A stretch of 64,000 nucleotides of DNA, taken from NCBI RefSeq assembly GCF_964355755.1, contig NC_092673.1, positions 10,416,001 to 10,480,000 of the forward strand. Direction: 5' to 3'. This document shows positions 34,201-47,900 of this stretch, piece by piece. Origin of the DNA: Antedon mediterranea. Taxonomy: Eukaryota; Animalia; Echinodermata. Position 1 is the first letter of the stretch. Every line of letters starts with the position of its first letter. Below the pieces are notes generated by a model. That model saw only the letters and a list, made by a program, of their open reading frames with translations, was not told the origin of the DNA and did no database searches. Both the position numbers and the translations under genes were made by a program.

Positions 34201-37200
34201 CTTATCTATTTCTCTCTCTCGCTGATCTACCTCTCTCTCGCTGATCTATCTCTCTCTCTCGCTGATCTATCTCTCTCTCGCTGATATATCTCTCACTCGC
34301 TGATCTAACTCTCTCGCTGATCTATCTCTCTCTCGCTGATCTATCTCTTTCTCGCTGATCTATCTCTCTCTCGCTGATCTATCTCTCTCTCGCTGATCTA
34401 TCTCTCTCTCGCTGATCTATCTCTCTCTCGCTGATCAATCTCTCTCTCGCTGATCTATCTCTCTCTCGCAGATCTATCACTCTCTCTCGCTGATCTATCT
34501 CTCTCTCTCTCTCGCTGATCTATCTCTCTCTCTCGCTGATCTATCTCTCTCTCGCTGATCTATCTCTCTCGCTGATCTATCTCTCTCTCGCTGATCTATC
34601 TCTCTCTCTCTCGCTGATCTATTTCTCTCTCGCTGATCTATCTCTCTCTCGCTGATCTATCTCTCTCTCTCTCGCTGATCTATATCTCTCTCGCTGATCT
34701 ATCTCTCTCTCGCTGATCTTTCTCTCTCTCTGGCTGATCTATCTCTCTCTCGCTGATCTATCTCTCTCGCTGATCTATCTCTCTCTCGCTGATCTATCTC
34801 TCTCTCTCGCTGATCTATCTCTCTCTCGCTGATCTATATTTCTCTCGCTGATCTATCTCTCTCTCTCGCGCTGATCTATCTCTCTCTCGCTGATCTATCT
34901 CTCTCTCGCAGATCCATCTCTCTCTCGCTGATCTATCTCTCTCTCGCTGATCTATCTCCCTCGCTGTTCTATCTCTCTCTAGTTGATCTATCTCTCTCTC
35001 GCTGATCTATCTCTCTCTCGCTGATCTATCTCTCTCGCTGATCTATATCTCTCTCGCTGATCTATCTCTCTCTCTCTCTCGCTGATCTATCTCTCTCTCG
35101 CTGATCTGTCTCTCTCTCGCTGATCTATCTCTCTCTCGCTGATCTATCTCTCTCTCGCTGATCTATCTCTCTCTCGCTGATCTATCTCTCTCTCGCTTAT
35201 CTATCTCTCTCTCTCGCTGATCTACCTCTCTCTCGCTGATCTATCTCTCTCTCTCGCTGATCTATCTCTCTCTCGCTGATATATCTCTCTCTCGCTGATC
35301 TAACTCTCTCGCTGATCTATCTCTCTCTCGCTGATCTATCTCTTTCTCGCTGATCTATCTCTCTCTCTCGCTGATCTATCTCTCTCTCGCTGATCTATCT
35401 CTCTCTCTCGCTGATCTATCTCTCTCTCGCTGATCTATCTCTCTCGCTGATCTATCTCTCTCTCGCTGATCTATCTCTCTCTCTCTCTCGCTGATCTATC
35501 TCTCCCTCGCTGATCTATCTCTCTCTCGCTGATCTATCTCTCTCTCGCTGATCTGTCTCTCTCTCGCTGATCTATCTCTCTCTCGCTGATCTATCTCTCT
35601 CTCGCTGATCTATCTCTCTCTCGCTGATCTATCTCTCTCTCGCTTATCTATCTCTCTCTCGCTGATCTACCTCTCTCTCGCTGATCTATCTCTCTCTCTC
35701 GTTTATCTATCTCTCTCTCTCGCTGATATATCTCTCTCTCGCTGATCTAACTCTCTCACTGATCTATCTCTCTCTCGCTGATCTATCTCTTTCTCGCTGA
35801 TCTATCTCTCTCTCGCTGATCTATCACTCTCTCGCTGATCTATCTCTCCCTCGCTGATCTATCTCTCTCTCGCTGATCTATCTCTCTCTCGCTGATCTAT
35901 CTCTCTCTCGCTGATCTATCACTCTCTCTCGCTGATCTATCTCTCTCTCTCTCTCGCTGATCTATCTCTCTCTCTCGCTGATCTATCTCTCTCTCGCTGA
36001 TCTATCTCTCTCGCTGATCTATCTCTCTCTCGCTGATCTATCTCTCTCACTCTCTCGCTGATCTTTCTCTCTCTCGCTGATCTATCTCTCTCTCGCTGAT
36101 CTATCTCTCTCTCGCTGATCTGTCTCTCTCTCGCTGATCTATCTCTCTCTCAATGATCTATCTCTCTCTCGCTGATCTATCTCTCTCTCGCTGATCTATC
36201 TCTCTCTCGCTTATCTATCTCTCTCTCTCGCTGATCTACCTCTCTCTCGCTGATCTATCTCTCTCTCGCTGATCTATCTCTCTCTCGCTGATATATCTCT
36301 CTCTCGCTGATCTAACTCTCTCGCTGATCTATCTCTCTCTCGCTGATCTATCTCTTTTTCGCTGATCTATCTCTCTCTCGCTGATCTATCACTCTCTCGC
36401 TGATCTATCTCTCCCTCGCTGATCTATCTCTCTCTCGCTGATCTATCTCTCTCTCGCTGATCTATCTCTCTCTCGCTGATCTATCACTCTCTCTCGCTGA
36501 TCTATCTCTCTCTCTCGCTGATCTATCTCTCTCTCTCGCTGATCTATCTCTCTCTCGCTGATCTATCTCTCTCGCTGATCTATCTCTCTCTCGCTGATCT
36601 ATCTCTCTCTCGCTGATCTATCACTCTCTCTCTCGCTGATCTATCTATCTCTCTCTCGCTGATCTATCCCTCTCTCGCAGATCCATCTCTCTCTCGCTGA
36701 TCTATCTCTCTCTCGCTGATCTATCTCCCTCGCTGTTCTATCTCTCTAGTTGATCTATCTCTCTCTCGCTGATCTATCTCTCTCTCGCTGATCTATCTCT
36801 CTCTCTCGCTGATCTATCTCTCTCTCTCTCGCTGATCTATCTCTCTCTCGCTGATCTATCTCTCTCTCTTGCTGATCTATCACTCTCTCTCGCTGATCTA
36901 TCTCTCTCTCGCGCTGATCTATCTCTCTCTCTCTCGCTGATCTATCTCTATCTCTCACTGATCTATCTTTCTCTCTCGCTGATCTATCTCTCTCTCCCGC
37001 TGATCTATCTCTAGCTCTCTGTCGCTGATCTATCTCTAGCTCTCTCTCGCTGATCTATCTCTCTCTGTCGCTGATCTATCTCCCTCTGTCGCTGATCTAT
37101 CTCTCTCTGTCGCTGATCTATCTCTCTCTGTCGCTGATCTATCTCTCTATCTCTCTCTCGCTGATCTATCTCTCTCGCTGATCTATCTCTCTCTCGCTGA

Positions 37201-40200
37201 TCTATCTCTCTCTCGCTGATCTATCTTTCTCTCGCTGATCTATCTCTCTCTCGCTTATCTATCTCTCTCTCGCTGATCTAGCTCTCTCTCGCTGATCTAT
37301 CTCTCTCTCGCTGATCTATCTCTCTCTCGCTGATATATCTCTCTCTCGCTGATCTAACTCTCTCGCTGATCTATCTCTCTCTCGCTGATCTATCTCTTTC
37401 TCGCTGATCTATCTCTCTCTCGCTGATCTATCTCTCTCTCGCTGATCTATCTCTCTCTCGCTGATCTATCTCTCTCTCGCTGATCTATCTCTCTCTCTCG
37501 CTGATCTATCTCTCTCTCGCTGATCTATATTTCTCTCGCTGATCTATCTCTCTCTCGCTGATCTATCTCTCTCTCGCTGATATGTCTCTCTCTCGCTGAT
37601 CTATCTCCCTCTCGCTGAACTAACTCTCCCCCGCTGATCTATCTCTCTCTCGCTAATCTATCTCTCTCTCGCTGATCTATCTCTCTCTCTCTCGCTGATC
37701 TATCTCTCTCCCTGATCTATCTCTCTCTCGCTGATCTCTCTCTCGCTGATCTATCTCTCTCTCGCTGATCTATCTATCTCTCGCTGATCTATCTCTCTCT
37801 CGCTGATCTATCACTCTCTCTCGCTGATCTATCTCTCTCTCGCTGATCTATCTCTCTCTCTCTCTCTCGCTGATCTATCTCTCTCTCGCTGATCTATCTC
37901 TCTCGCTGATCTATCTCTCTCTCGCTGATCTATCTCTCTCTCTCTCTCGCTGATCTATCTCTCTCTCGCTGATCTGTCTCTCTCTCGCTGATCTATCTCT
38001 CTCTCGCTGATCTATCTCTCTCTCGCTGATCTATCTCTCTCTCGCTGATCTATCTCTCTCTCGCTTATCTATCTCTCTCTCTCGCTGATCTACCTCTCTC
38101 TCGCTGATCTATCTCTCTCTCTCGCTGATCTATCTCTCTCTCGCTGATATATCTCTCTCTCGCTGATCTAACTCTCTCGCTGATCTATCTCTCTCTCGCT
38201 GATCTATCTCTTTCTCGCTGATCTATCTCTCTCTCGCTGATCTATCTCTCTCTCGCTGATCTATCTCTCTCTCGCTGATCTATCTCTCTCTCGCTGATCT
38301 ATCTCTCTCTCGCTGATCTATCTCTCTCTCGCTTATCTATCTCTCTCTCGCTGATCTACCTCTCTCTCGCTGATCTATCTCTCTCTCTCGTTTATCTATC
38401 TCTCTCTCTCGCTGATATATCTCTCTCTCGCTGATCTAACTCTCTCGCTGATCTATCTCTCTCTCGCTGATCTATCTCTTTCTCGCTGATCTATCTCTCT
38501 CTCGCTGATCTATCACTCTCTCGCTGATCTATCTCTCCCTCGCTGATCTATCTCTCTCTCGCTGATCTATCTCTCTCTCGCTGATCTATCTCTCTCTCGC
38601 TGATCTATCACTCTCTCTCGCTGATCTATCTCTCTCTCTCTCTCGCTGATCTATCTCTCTCTCTCGCTGATCTATCTCTCTCTCGCTGATCTATCTCTCT
38701 CGCTGATCTATCTCTCTCTCGCTGATCTATCTCTCTCGCTGATCTATCTCTCTCTCGCTGATCTATCTCTCTCGCTGATCTATCTCTCACTCGCTGATCT
38801 ATCTCTCTCTCGCTGATCTATCTCTCTCTAGCTGATCTATCTCTCTCTCGCTGATCTATCTCTCTCGCTGATCTATCTCTCTCTCGCAGATATATCTCTC
38901 TCTCGCTGATCTATCTCTCTCTCGCTGATCTATCTCTCTCTCTCGCTGATTTATCTCTCTCTCGCTGATCTATCTCTCTCGCTGATCTATCTCTCTCTCT
39001 CTCTTATTTATCTCTCTCGCTGATCAATCTCTCTCGCTGATCTAACTCTCTCGCTGATCTATCTCTCTCTCGCTGATCTATCTCTTTCTCGCTGATTTAT
39101 CTCTCTCTCGCTGATCTATCTCTCTCTCGCTGATATATCTCTCACTCGCTGATCTATCTCTCTCTCGCTGATCTATCTCTCTCTCGCTGATCTATCTCTC
39201 TCTCGCTGATCTATCTCTCTGTCGCTGATCTATCTCTCTCTGTCGCTGATCTATCTCCCTCTGTCGCTGATCTATCTCTCTCTGTCGCTGATCTATCTCT
39301 CTCTGTCGCTGATCTATCTCCCTCTGTCGCTGATCTATCTCTCTCGCTGATCTATCTCTCTCTCGCTGATCTATCTCTCTCTCGCTGATCTATCTCTCTC
39401 TGTCGCTGATCTATCTCTCTCTGTCGCTGATCTATCTCTCTCTGTCGCTGATCTATCTCTCTCTGTCGCTGATCTATCTCCCTCTGTCGCGGATCTATCT
39501 CTCTCTGTCGCTGATCTATCTCTCTCTGTCACTGATCTATCTCTCTATCTCTCTCTCGCTGATCTATCTCTCTCGCTGATCTATCTCTCTCTCGCTGATC
39601 TATCTCTCTCTCGCTGATCTATCTCCTTCTCGCTGATCTATTTCTCTCTCGCTGATCTATTTCTCTCTCGCTGATCTATCTCTCTCGCTGATCTATCTCT
39701 CTCTTTCGCTGATCTATCTCTCTCGCTGATCTATCTCTCTCTCGCTGATCTATCTCTCTCGCTGATCTATCTCTCACTCGCTGATCTATCTCTCTCTCGC
39801 TGATCTATCTCTCTCTAGCTGATCTATCTCTCTCTCGCTGATCTATCTCTCTCGCTGATCTATCTCTCTCTCGCAGATATATCTCTCTCTCGCTGATCTA
39901 TCTCTCTCTCGCTGATCTATCTCTCTCTCTCGCTGATTTATCTCTCTCTCGCTGATCTATCTCTCTCGCTGATCTATCTCTCTCGCTGATTTATCTCTCT
40001 CTCGCTGATCTATCTCTCTCGCTGATCTAACTCTCTCGCTGATCTATCTTTCTCTCGCTGATCTATCTCTTTCTCGCTGATTTATCTCTCTCTCGCTGAT
40101 CTATCTCTCTCTCGCTGATATATCTCTCACTCGCTGATCTATCTCTCTCTCGCTGATCTATCTCTCTCTCGCTGATCTATCTCTCTCGTTGATCTATCTC

Positions 40201-43200
40201 TCTCTCTCGCTGATCTATCTCTCTCTCGCTGATCTATCTCTCTCTCTCGCTGATCTATCTCTCTCGCAGATCTATCTCTCTCTCCCTGATCTATCTCTCT
40301 CTCGCTGATCTATCTCTCTCTCTCTCGCTGATTTATCTCTCTCTCGCTGATCTATCTCTCTCGCTGATCTATCTCTCTCTCTCTGATTTATCTCTCTCGA
40401 TTATCTATCTCTCTCTCGCTGATCTATCTCTCTCTCTCGCTGATCTATCTCTCTCTCGCTGATCTATCTCTCTCTCGCTGATCTAACTCTCTCGCTGATC
40501 TATCACTATCTCGCTGATCTATCTCTTTCTCGCTGATCTATCTCTCTCTCGCTGATCTATCTCTCTCTCGCTGATCTATCTCTCTCTCGCTGATCTATCT
40601 CTCACTCGCTGATCTATCTCTCACTCTCTGATCTATCTCTCTCTCTCGCTGATCTATCTTTCTTTCGCTGATCTATCTCTCTCGCTGATCTATCTCTCTC
40701 TCGCTGATCTATCTCTCTCTCTCGCTGATCTATCTCACTCTCGCTGATCTATCTCTCTCTCTCGCTGATCTATCTCTCTCTCGCTGATCTATCTCTCTCT
40801 CGCCGATCTATCTCTCTCTCGCTGATCTATCTCTCTCGCTGATCTATATCTCTCTCGCTGATCTATCTCTCTCTCGCTGATCTTTCTCTCTCTCTCTCTG
40901 GCTGATCTATCTCTATCTTTCTCGCTGATCTATCTCTCTCGCTGATCTATCTCTCTCTCGCTGATCTATCTCTCTCTCTTGCTGATCTATCTCTCTCGCT
41001 GATCTATCTTTCTCTCGCTGATCTATCTCTCTCTCTCGCGCGCTGATCTATCTCTCTCTCGCTGATCTATCCCTTTCTCGCAGATCCATCTCTCTCTCGC
41101 TGATCTATCTCTCTCTCGCTGATCTATCTCCCTCGCTGTTCTATCTCTCTCTAGTTGATCTATCTCTCTCTCGCTTATCTATCTCTCTCTCGCTGATCTA
41201 TCTCTCTCTCTCTCGCTGATCTATCTCTCTCGCTGATCTCTCTCTCTCTCTTGCTGATCTATCACTCTCTCTCGCTGATCTGTCTCTCTCTCGCGCTGAT
41301 CTATCTCTCTCTCTCTCTCACTGATCTATCTCTATCTCTCACTGATCTATCTCTCTCTCTCTCTCGCTGATCTATCTCTCTCTCTCGCTGATCTATCTCT
41401 ATCTTTCTCGCTGATCTATCTCTCTCGCTGATCTATCTCTCTCTCGCTGATCTATCTCTCTCTCTTGCTGATCTATCTCTCTCGCTGATCTATCTTTCTC
41501 TCGCTGATCTATCTCTCTCTCTCTCGCGCTGATCTATCTCTCTCTCGCTGATCTATCTCCCTCGCTGTTCTATCTCTCTCTAGTTGATCTATCTCTCTCT
41601 CGCTTATCTATCTCTCTCTCGCTGATCTATCTCTCTCTCTCTCTCGCTGATCTATCTCTCTCTCGCTGATCTCTCTCTCTCTCTCGCTGATCTATCTCTC
41701 TCTCGCTGATCTGTCTCTCTCTCGCTGATCTATCTCTCTCTCGCTGATCTAACTCTCCCCCGCTGATCTATCTCTCTCTCGCAAATCTATCTCTCTCTCG
41801 CTGATCTATCTCTCCCTCTCTCGCTGATCTATCTCTCTCGCTGATCTATCTCTCTCTCGCTGATCTATCTCTCTCTCTCGCGCTGATCTATCTCTCTCTC
41901 GCTGATCTATCTCTCTCTCGCAGATCCATCTCTCTCTCGCTGATCTATCTCTCTCTCGCTGATCTATCTCCCTCGCTGTTCTATCTCTCTCTAGTTGATC
42001 TATCTCTCTCTCGCTGATCTCTCTCTCTCTCGCTGATCTATCTCTCTCTCTCTCGCTGATCTATCTCTCTCTCTCGCTGATCTATCTCTCTCTCTCTCGC
42101 TGATCTATCTCTCTCTCTCGCTGATCTATCTCTCTCGCTGATCTATCTCTCTCTCGCTGATCTATCTCTCTCTCTCGCTGATCTATCTCTCTCTCGCTGA
42201 TCTATCTCTCTCTCGCTGATCTATCTCTCTCTTGCTGATCTATCACTCTCTCTCGCTGATCTATCTCTCTCTCTCTCGCTGATCTATCTCTCTCTCTCTC
42301 TCGCTGATCTATCTCTCTCTCGCTGATCTATCTCTCTCGCTGATCTATCTCTCTCTCGCTGATCTATCTCTCTCTCTCGCTGATCTATCTCTCTCTCTCG
42401 CTGATCTATCTCTCTCTCTCTCTCGCTGATCTATCTCTCTCTCGCTGATCTATCTCTCTCTCGCTGATCTATCTCTCTCGCTGATCTGTCTCTCTCTCGC
42501 TTATCTATCTCTCTCTCGCTGATCTAGCTCTCTCTCGCTGATCTATCTCTCTCTCGCTGATCTATCTCTCTCTCACTTATCTATCTCTCTCTCGCTGATC
42601 TACCTCTCTCTCGCTGATCTATCTCTCTCTCTCGCTGATCTATCTCTCTCTCGCTGATATATCTCTCTCTCGCTGATCTAACTCTCTCGCTGATCTATCT
42701 CTCTCTCGCTGATCTATATCTCTCTCGCTGATCTTTCTCTCTTTCGCTGATCTATCTCTCTCTCGCTGATCTATCTCTCTCTCGCTGATCTATCACTCTC
42801 TCTCTCGCTGATCTATCTCTCTCTCTCTCGCTGATCTATCTCTCTCTCGCTGATCTATCTCTCTCTCGCTGATCTATCTCTCTCTTTCTCTCGCTGATCT
42901 ATCTCTCTCTTTCTCTCGCTGATCTATCTCTCTCTCTCGCTGATCTATCTCTCTCTCGCTGATCTATCTCTCTCTCGCGGATCTATATCTCTCTCGCTGA
43001 TCTATCTCTCTCTCGCTGATCTTTCTCTCTCTCTGGCTGATCTATCTTTCTCTCGCTGATCTATCTCTCTCGCTGATCTATCTCTCTCTCGCTGATCCAT
43101 CTCTCTCTCTCGCTGATCTATCTCTTTCTCGCTGATCTATCTTTCTCTCGCTGATCTATCTCTCTCTCTCTCTCGCTGATCTATCTCTCTCTCTCGCTGA

Positions 43201-44860
43201 TCTATCTCTCTCTCGCAGATCCATCTCTCTCTCGCTGATCTACCTTTCTCTCGCTGATCTATCTCTCTCTCTCTCTCGCGCTGATCTATCTCTCTCTCGC
43301 TGATCTATCTCTCTCTCGCATATCCATCTCTCTCTCGCTGATCTATCTATCTCTCGCTGATCTATCTCCCTCGCTGTTCTATCTCTCTCTAGTTGATCTA
43401 TCTCTCTCTCGCTGATCTATCTCTCTCTCGCTGATCTATCTCTCTCTCTCTCTCGCTGATCTATCTCTCTCTCGCTGATCTATCTCTCTCTCTTGCTGAT
43501 CTATCACTCTCTCTCGCTGATCTATCTCTCTCTCGCGCTGATCTATCTCTCTTTCTCTCTCGCTGATCTATCTCTATCTCTCACTGATCTATCTCTCTCT
43601 CGCGCTGATCTATCTCTCTCTCGCTGATCTATATCTAGCTCTCTGTCGCTGATCTATCTCTAGCTTTCTCTCGCTGATCTATCTCTCTCTGTCACTTATC
43701 TATCTCTCTCTGTCGCTGATCTATCTCTCTCTGTCGCTGATCTATCTTCCTCTGTCGCTGATCTATCTCTCTCTGTCGCTGATCTATCTCTCTCTGTCCC
43801 TGATCTATCTCTCTCTGTCGCTGATCTATCTCTCTATCTCTCTCTCGCTGATCTATCTCTCTCGCTGATCTATCTCTCTCTCGCTGATCTATCTCTCTCG
43901 TTGATCTATCTCTCTCTCTCTCTCTGATTTATCTCTCTCTCGATTATCTATCTCTCTGGCTGATCTATCTCTCTCTCTCGCTGATCTATCTCTCTCTCGC
44001 TGATCTATCTCTCTCTCGCTGATCTATCTCTCTCTCGCTGATCTATCTCTCACTCGCTGATCTATCTCTCTCTCGCTGATTTATCTCTCTCTAGCTGATC
44101 TATCTCTCTCTCTCGCTGATCTATCTCTCTCTCTCGCTGATCTATCTCTCTCTCGCTGATCTATATCTCTCTCGCTGATCTTTCTCTCTTTCGCTGATCT
44201 ATCTCTCTCTCGCTGATCTATCTCTCTCTCGCTGATCTATCACTCTCTCTCTCGCTGATCTATCTCTCTCTCTCTCGCTGATCTATCTCTCTCTCGCTGA
44301 TCTATCTCTCTCTCGCTGATCTATCTCTCTCTTTCTCTCGCTGATCTATCTCTCTTTTTCTCTCGCTGATCTATCTCTCTCTCTCGCTGATCTATCTCTC
44401 TCTCGCTGATCTATCTCTCTCTCGCGGATCTATATCTCTCTCGCTGATCTATCTCTCTCTCTCTCGCTGATCTATCTCTAGCTCTCTCTCGCTGATCTAT
44501 CTCTCTCTCTCTCTGACGCTGATCTATCTCTCTCTGTTGCTGATCTATCTATCTCTGTCGCTGATCTATCTCTCTCTCTCTCTCTCTGTCGCTGATCTAT
44601 CTCTCTCTCGCTGATCTATCTCTCCTCCTCGCTGATCTATCTCTCTCTCTCTCGCTGATCTATCTCTCTCTCTCGCTGATCTATATATATCTCTCTCTCT
44701 CTCTCGCTGATCTATCTCTCTCTCGCTGATCTCTCTCTCTCTCGCTGATCTATCTCTCTCGCTGATCTATCTCTCTCTCGCTGATCTATCTCTCTCTTGC
44801 TGATCTATCTCTCTCTCACAGATATCTCTCTCTCGCTGATCTATCTCTCTCTCTCGCTGA

Positions 44861-44905
<45 letters not shown>

Positions 44906-47900
44906 TCTATCTCTCTCTCGCTGATCTATCTCTCACTCGCTGATCTATCTATCTCTCTCTCGCTGTTCTATCTATCTCTCTCTCTCGCTGATCTATCTAT
45001 CTCTCGCTGATATATCTATCTCTCTCTCGCTCATCTATCTCTCTCTCGCTGATCTATCTATCTCTCTCTCGCTGATCTATCTCTCTCTCGCTGATCTATC
45101 TATCTCTCTCTCGGTGATCTATCTCTCCCCCGCTGATCTATCTCTCTCTCGCTAATCTATCTCTCTCTCGCTGATCTATCTCTCTCTCTCGCTGATCTAT
45201 CTCTCTCTCGCTGATCTATCTCTCTCTCGCTGATCTATCTCTCTCTCGCTGATCTATCTCTCTCTCGCTGATCTATCACTCTCTCTCGCTGATCTATCTC
45301 TCTCTTTCGCTGATCTATCTCTCTCTCTCGCTGATCTATCTCTCACTCTCGCTGATCTATCTCTCTCTCTCTCTCGCTGATCTATCTCTCTCTCGCTGAT
45401 CTATCTCTTTCTCTCGCTGATATATATCTCTCTCTCTCACTGATCTATCTCTCTCTCTTGCTGATCTATCTCTCTCTCTCGCTGATCTATCTCTCTCTCT
45501 CGCTGATCTATCTCTCTCTGTCGCTGATCTATCTCTCTCTCTGTCGCTGATCTATCTCTCTCTCTCGCTGATCTATCTCTCTCTCGCTGATCTATCTCTC
45601 TCTCGCTGATCTATCTCTCTCTGTCGCTGATCTATCTCTCTCGCTGATCTATCTCTCTCTCGCTGATCTATCTCTCTCTCTCTCTCGCTGGTCTATCTCT
45701 CTCTCGCTGATCTATCTCTCTCTCTCACTGATCTATCTCTCTCTCTCGCTGATCTATCTCTCTCTCTCGCTGATCTATCTCTCTCTCTCGCTGATCTATC
45801 TCTCTCTCGCGCTGATCTATCTCTCTCTCTCGCTGATCTATCTCTCTCGCTGATCTATCTCTCTCTCGCTGATCTATCTCTCTCTCGCTGATCTATCTCT
45901 CTCTCGCTGATCTATCTCTCTCTCTCGCTGATCTATCACTCTCTCTCGCTGATCTATCTCTCTCTCTCGCTGATCTATCTCTCTCTCTCTCTCGCTGATC
46001 TATCTCTCTCTCGCGCTGATCTATCTCTCTCTCTCGCTGATCTATCTCTCTCTCTCGCTGATCTATCTCTCTCTCTGACGCTGATCTATCTCTCTCTGTC
46101 GCTGATCTATCTCTAGCTCTCTCTCGCTGATCTATCTCTCTCTCTGACGCTGATCTATCCCTCTCTGTCGCTGATCTATCTCTCTCTGTCGCTGATCTAT
46201 CTCTCTCTCTGTCGCTGATCTATCTCTCCTCCTCGCTGATCTATCTCTCTCTCTCGCTGATCTATCTCTCTCTCTCTCTCTCGCTGATCTAACTCTCTCT
46301 CTCGCTGATCTATCTCTCTCTCTCTCTCTCGCTGATCTATCTCTCTCTCGCTGATCTATCTCTCTCTCGCTGATCTATCTCTCTCTCTCGCTGATCTATC
46401 TCTCTCTCGCTGATCTATCTCTCTCTCGCTGATCTATCTCTCTCTCTCTCGCTGATCTATCACTCTCTCTCTCGCTGATCTATCTCTCTCTCTCTCGCTG
46501 ATCTATCTCTCTCTCTCGCTGATCTATCTCTCTTTGTCGCTGATCTATCTCTCTCTCTGTCGCTGATCTATCTCTCTCTCTCGCTGATCTATCTCTCTCT
46601 CGCTGATCTATCTCTCTCTCGCTGATATATCTCTCTCTGTCGCTGATCTATCTCTCTCGCTGATCTATCTCTCTCTCGCTGATCGATCTCTCTCTCTCGC
46701 TGGTCTATCTTTCTCTCGCTGATCTATCTCTCTCTCTCACTGATCTATCTCTCTCTCTCGCTGATCCATCTCTCTCTCTCGCTGATCTATCTCTCTCTCT
46801 CGCTGATCTATCTCTCTCTCGCGCTGAGCTATCTCTCTCTCGCAGATCTATCTCTCTCGCTGATCTATCTCTCTCGCTGATCTATCTCTCTCTCGCTGAT
46901 CTATCTCTCTCTCGCTGATCTATCACTCTCTCTCGCTGATCTATCTCTCTCTCTCGCTGATCTATCTCTCTCTCTCTCTCTCTCGCTGATCTATCTCTCT
47001 CTCGCGCTGATCTATCTCTCTCTCTCTCGCTGATCTATCACTCTCTCTCGCTGATCTATCTCTCTCTCTCTCGCTGATCTATCTCTCTCTCTCGCTGATC
47101 TATCTCTCTTTGTCGCTGATCTATCTCTCTCTCTGTCGCTGATCTATCTCTCTCTCTCGCTGATCTATCTCTCTCTCGCTGATCTATCTCTCTCTCGCTG
47201 ATATATCTCTCTCTGTCGCTGATCTATCTCTCTCGCTGATCTATCTCTCTCTCGCTGATCTATCTCTCTCTCGCTGATCTATCTCTCTCTCGCTGATCTA
47301 TCTCTCTCTCGCTGATCTATCTCTCTCTCGCTGATCTATCTCTCTCTCTCGCTGATCTATCTCTCTCTCGCTGATCTATATTTCTCTCGCTGATCTATCT
47401 CTCTCTCGCTGATCTATCTCTCTCTCGCTGATATGTCTCTCTCTCGCTGATCTATCTCCCTCTCGCTGATCTAACTCTCCCCCGCTGATCTATCTCTCTC
47501 TCGCTAATCTATCTCTCTCTCGCTGATCTATCTCTCTCTCTCTCGCTGATCTATCTCTCTCCCTGATCTATCTCTCTCTCGCTGATCTCTCTCTCGCTGA
47601 TCTATCTCTCTCTCGCTGATCTATCTATCTCTCGCTGATCTATCTCTCTCTCGCTGATCTATCACTCTCTCTCGCTGATCTATCTCTCTCTCTCGCTGAT
47701 CTATCTCTCTCTCTCTCGCTGATCTATCTCTCTCTCGCTGATCTATCTCTCTCGCTGATCTATCTCTCTCTCGCTGATCTATCTCTCTCTCTCTCTCGCT
47801 GATCTATCTCTCTCTCGCTGATCTGTCTCTCTCTCGCTGATCTATCTCTCTCTCGCTGATCTATCTCTCTCTCGCTGATCTATCTCTCTCTCGCTGATCT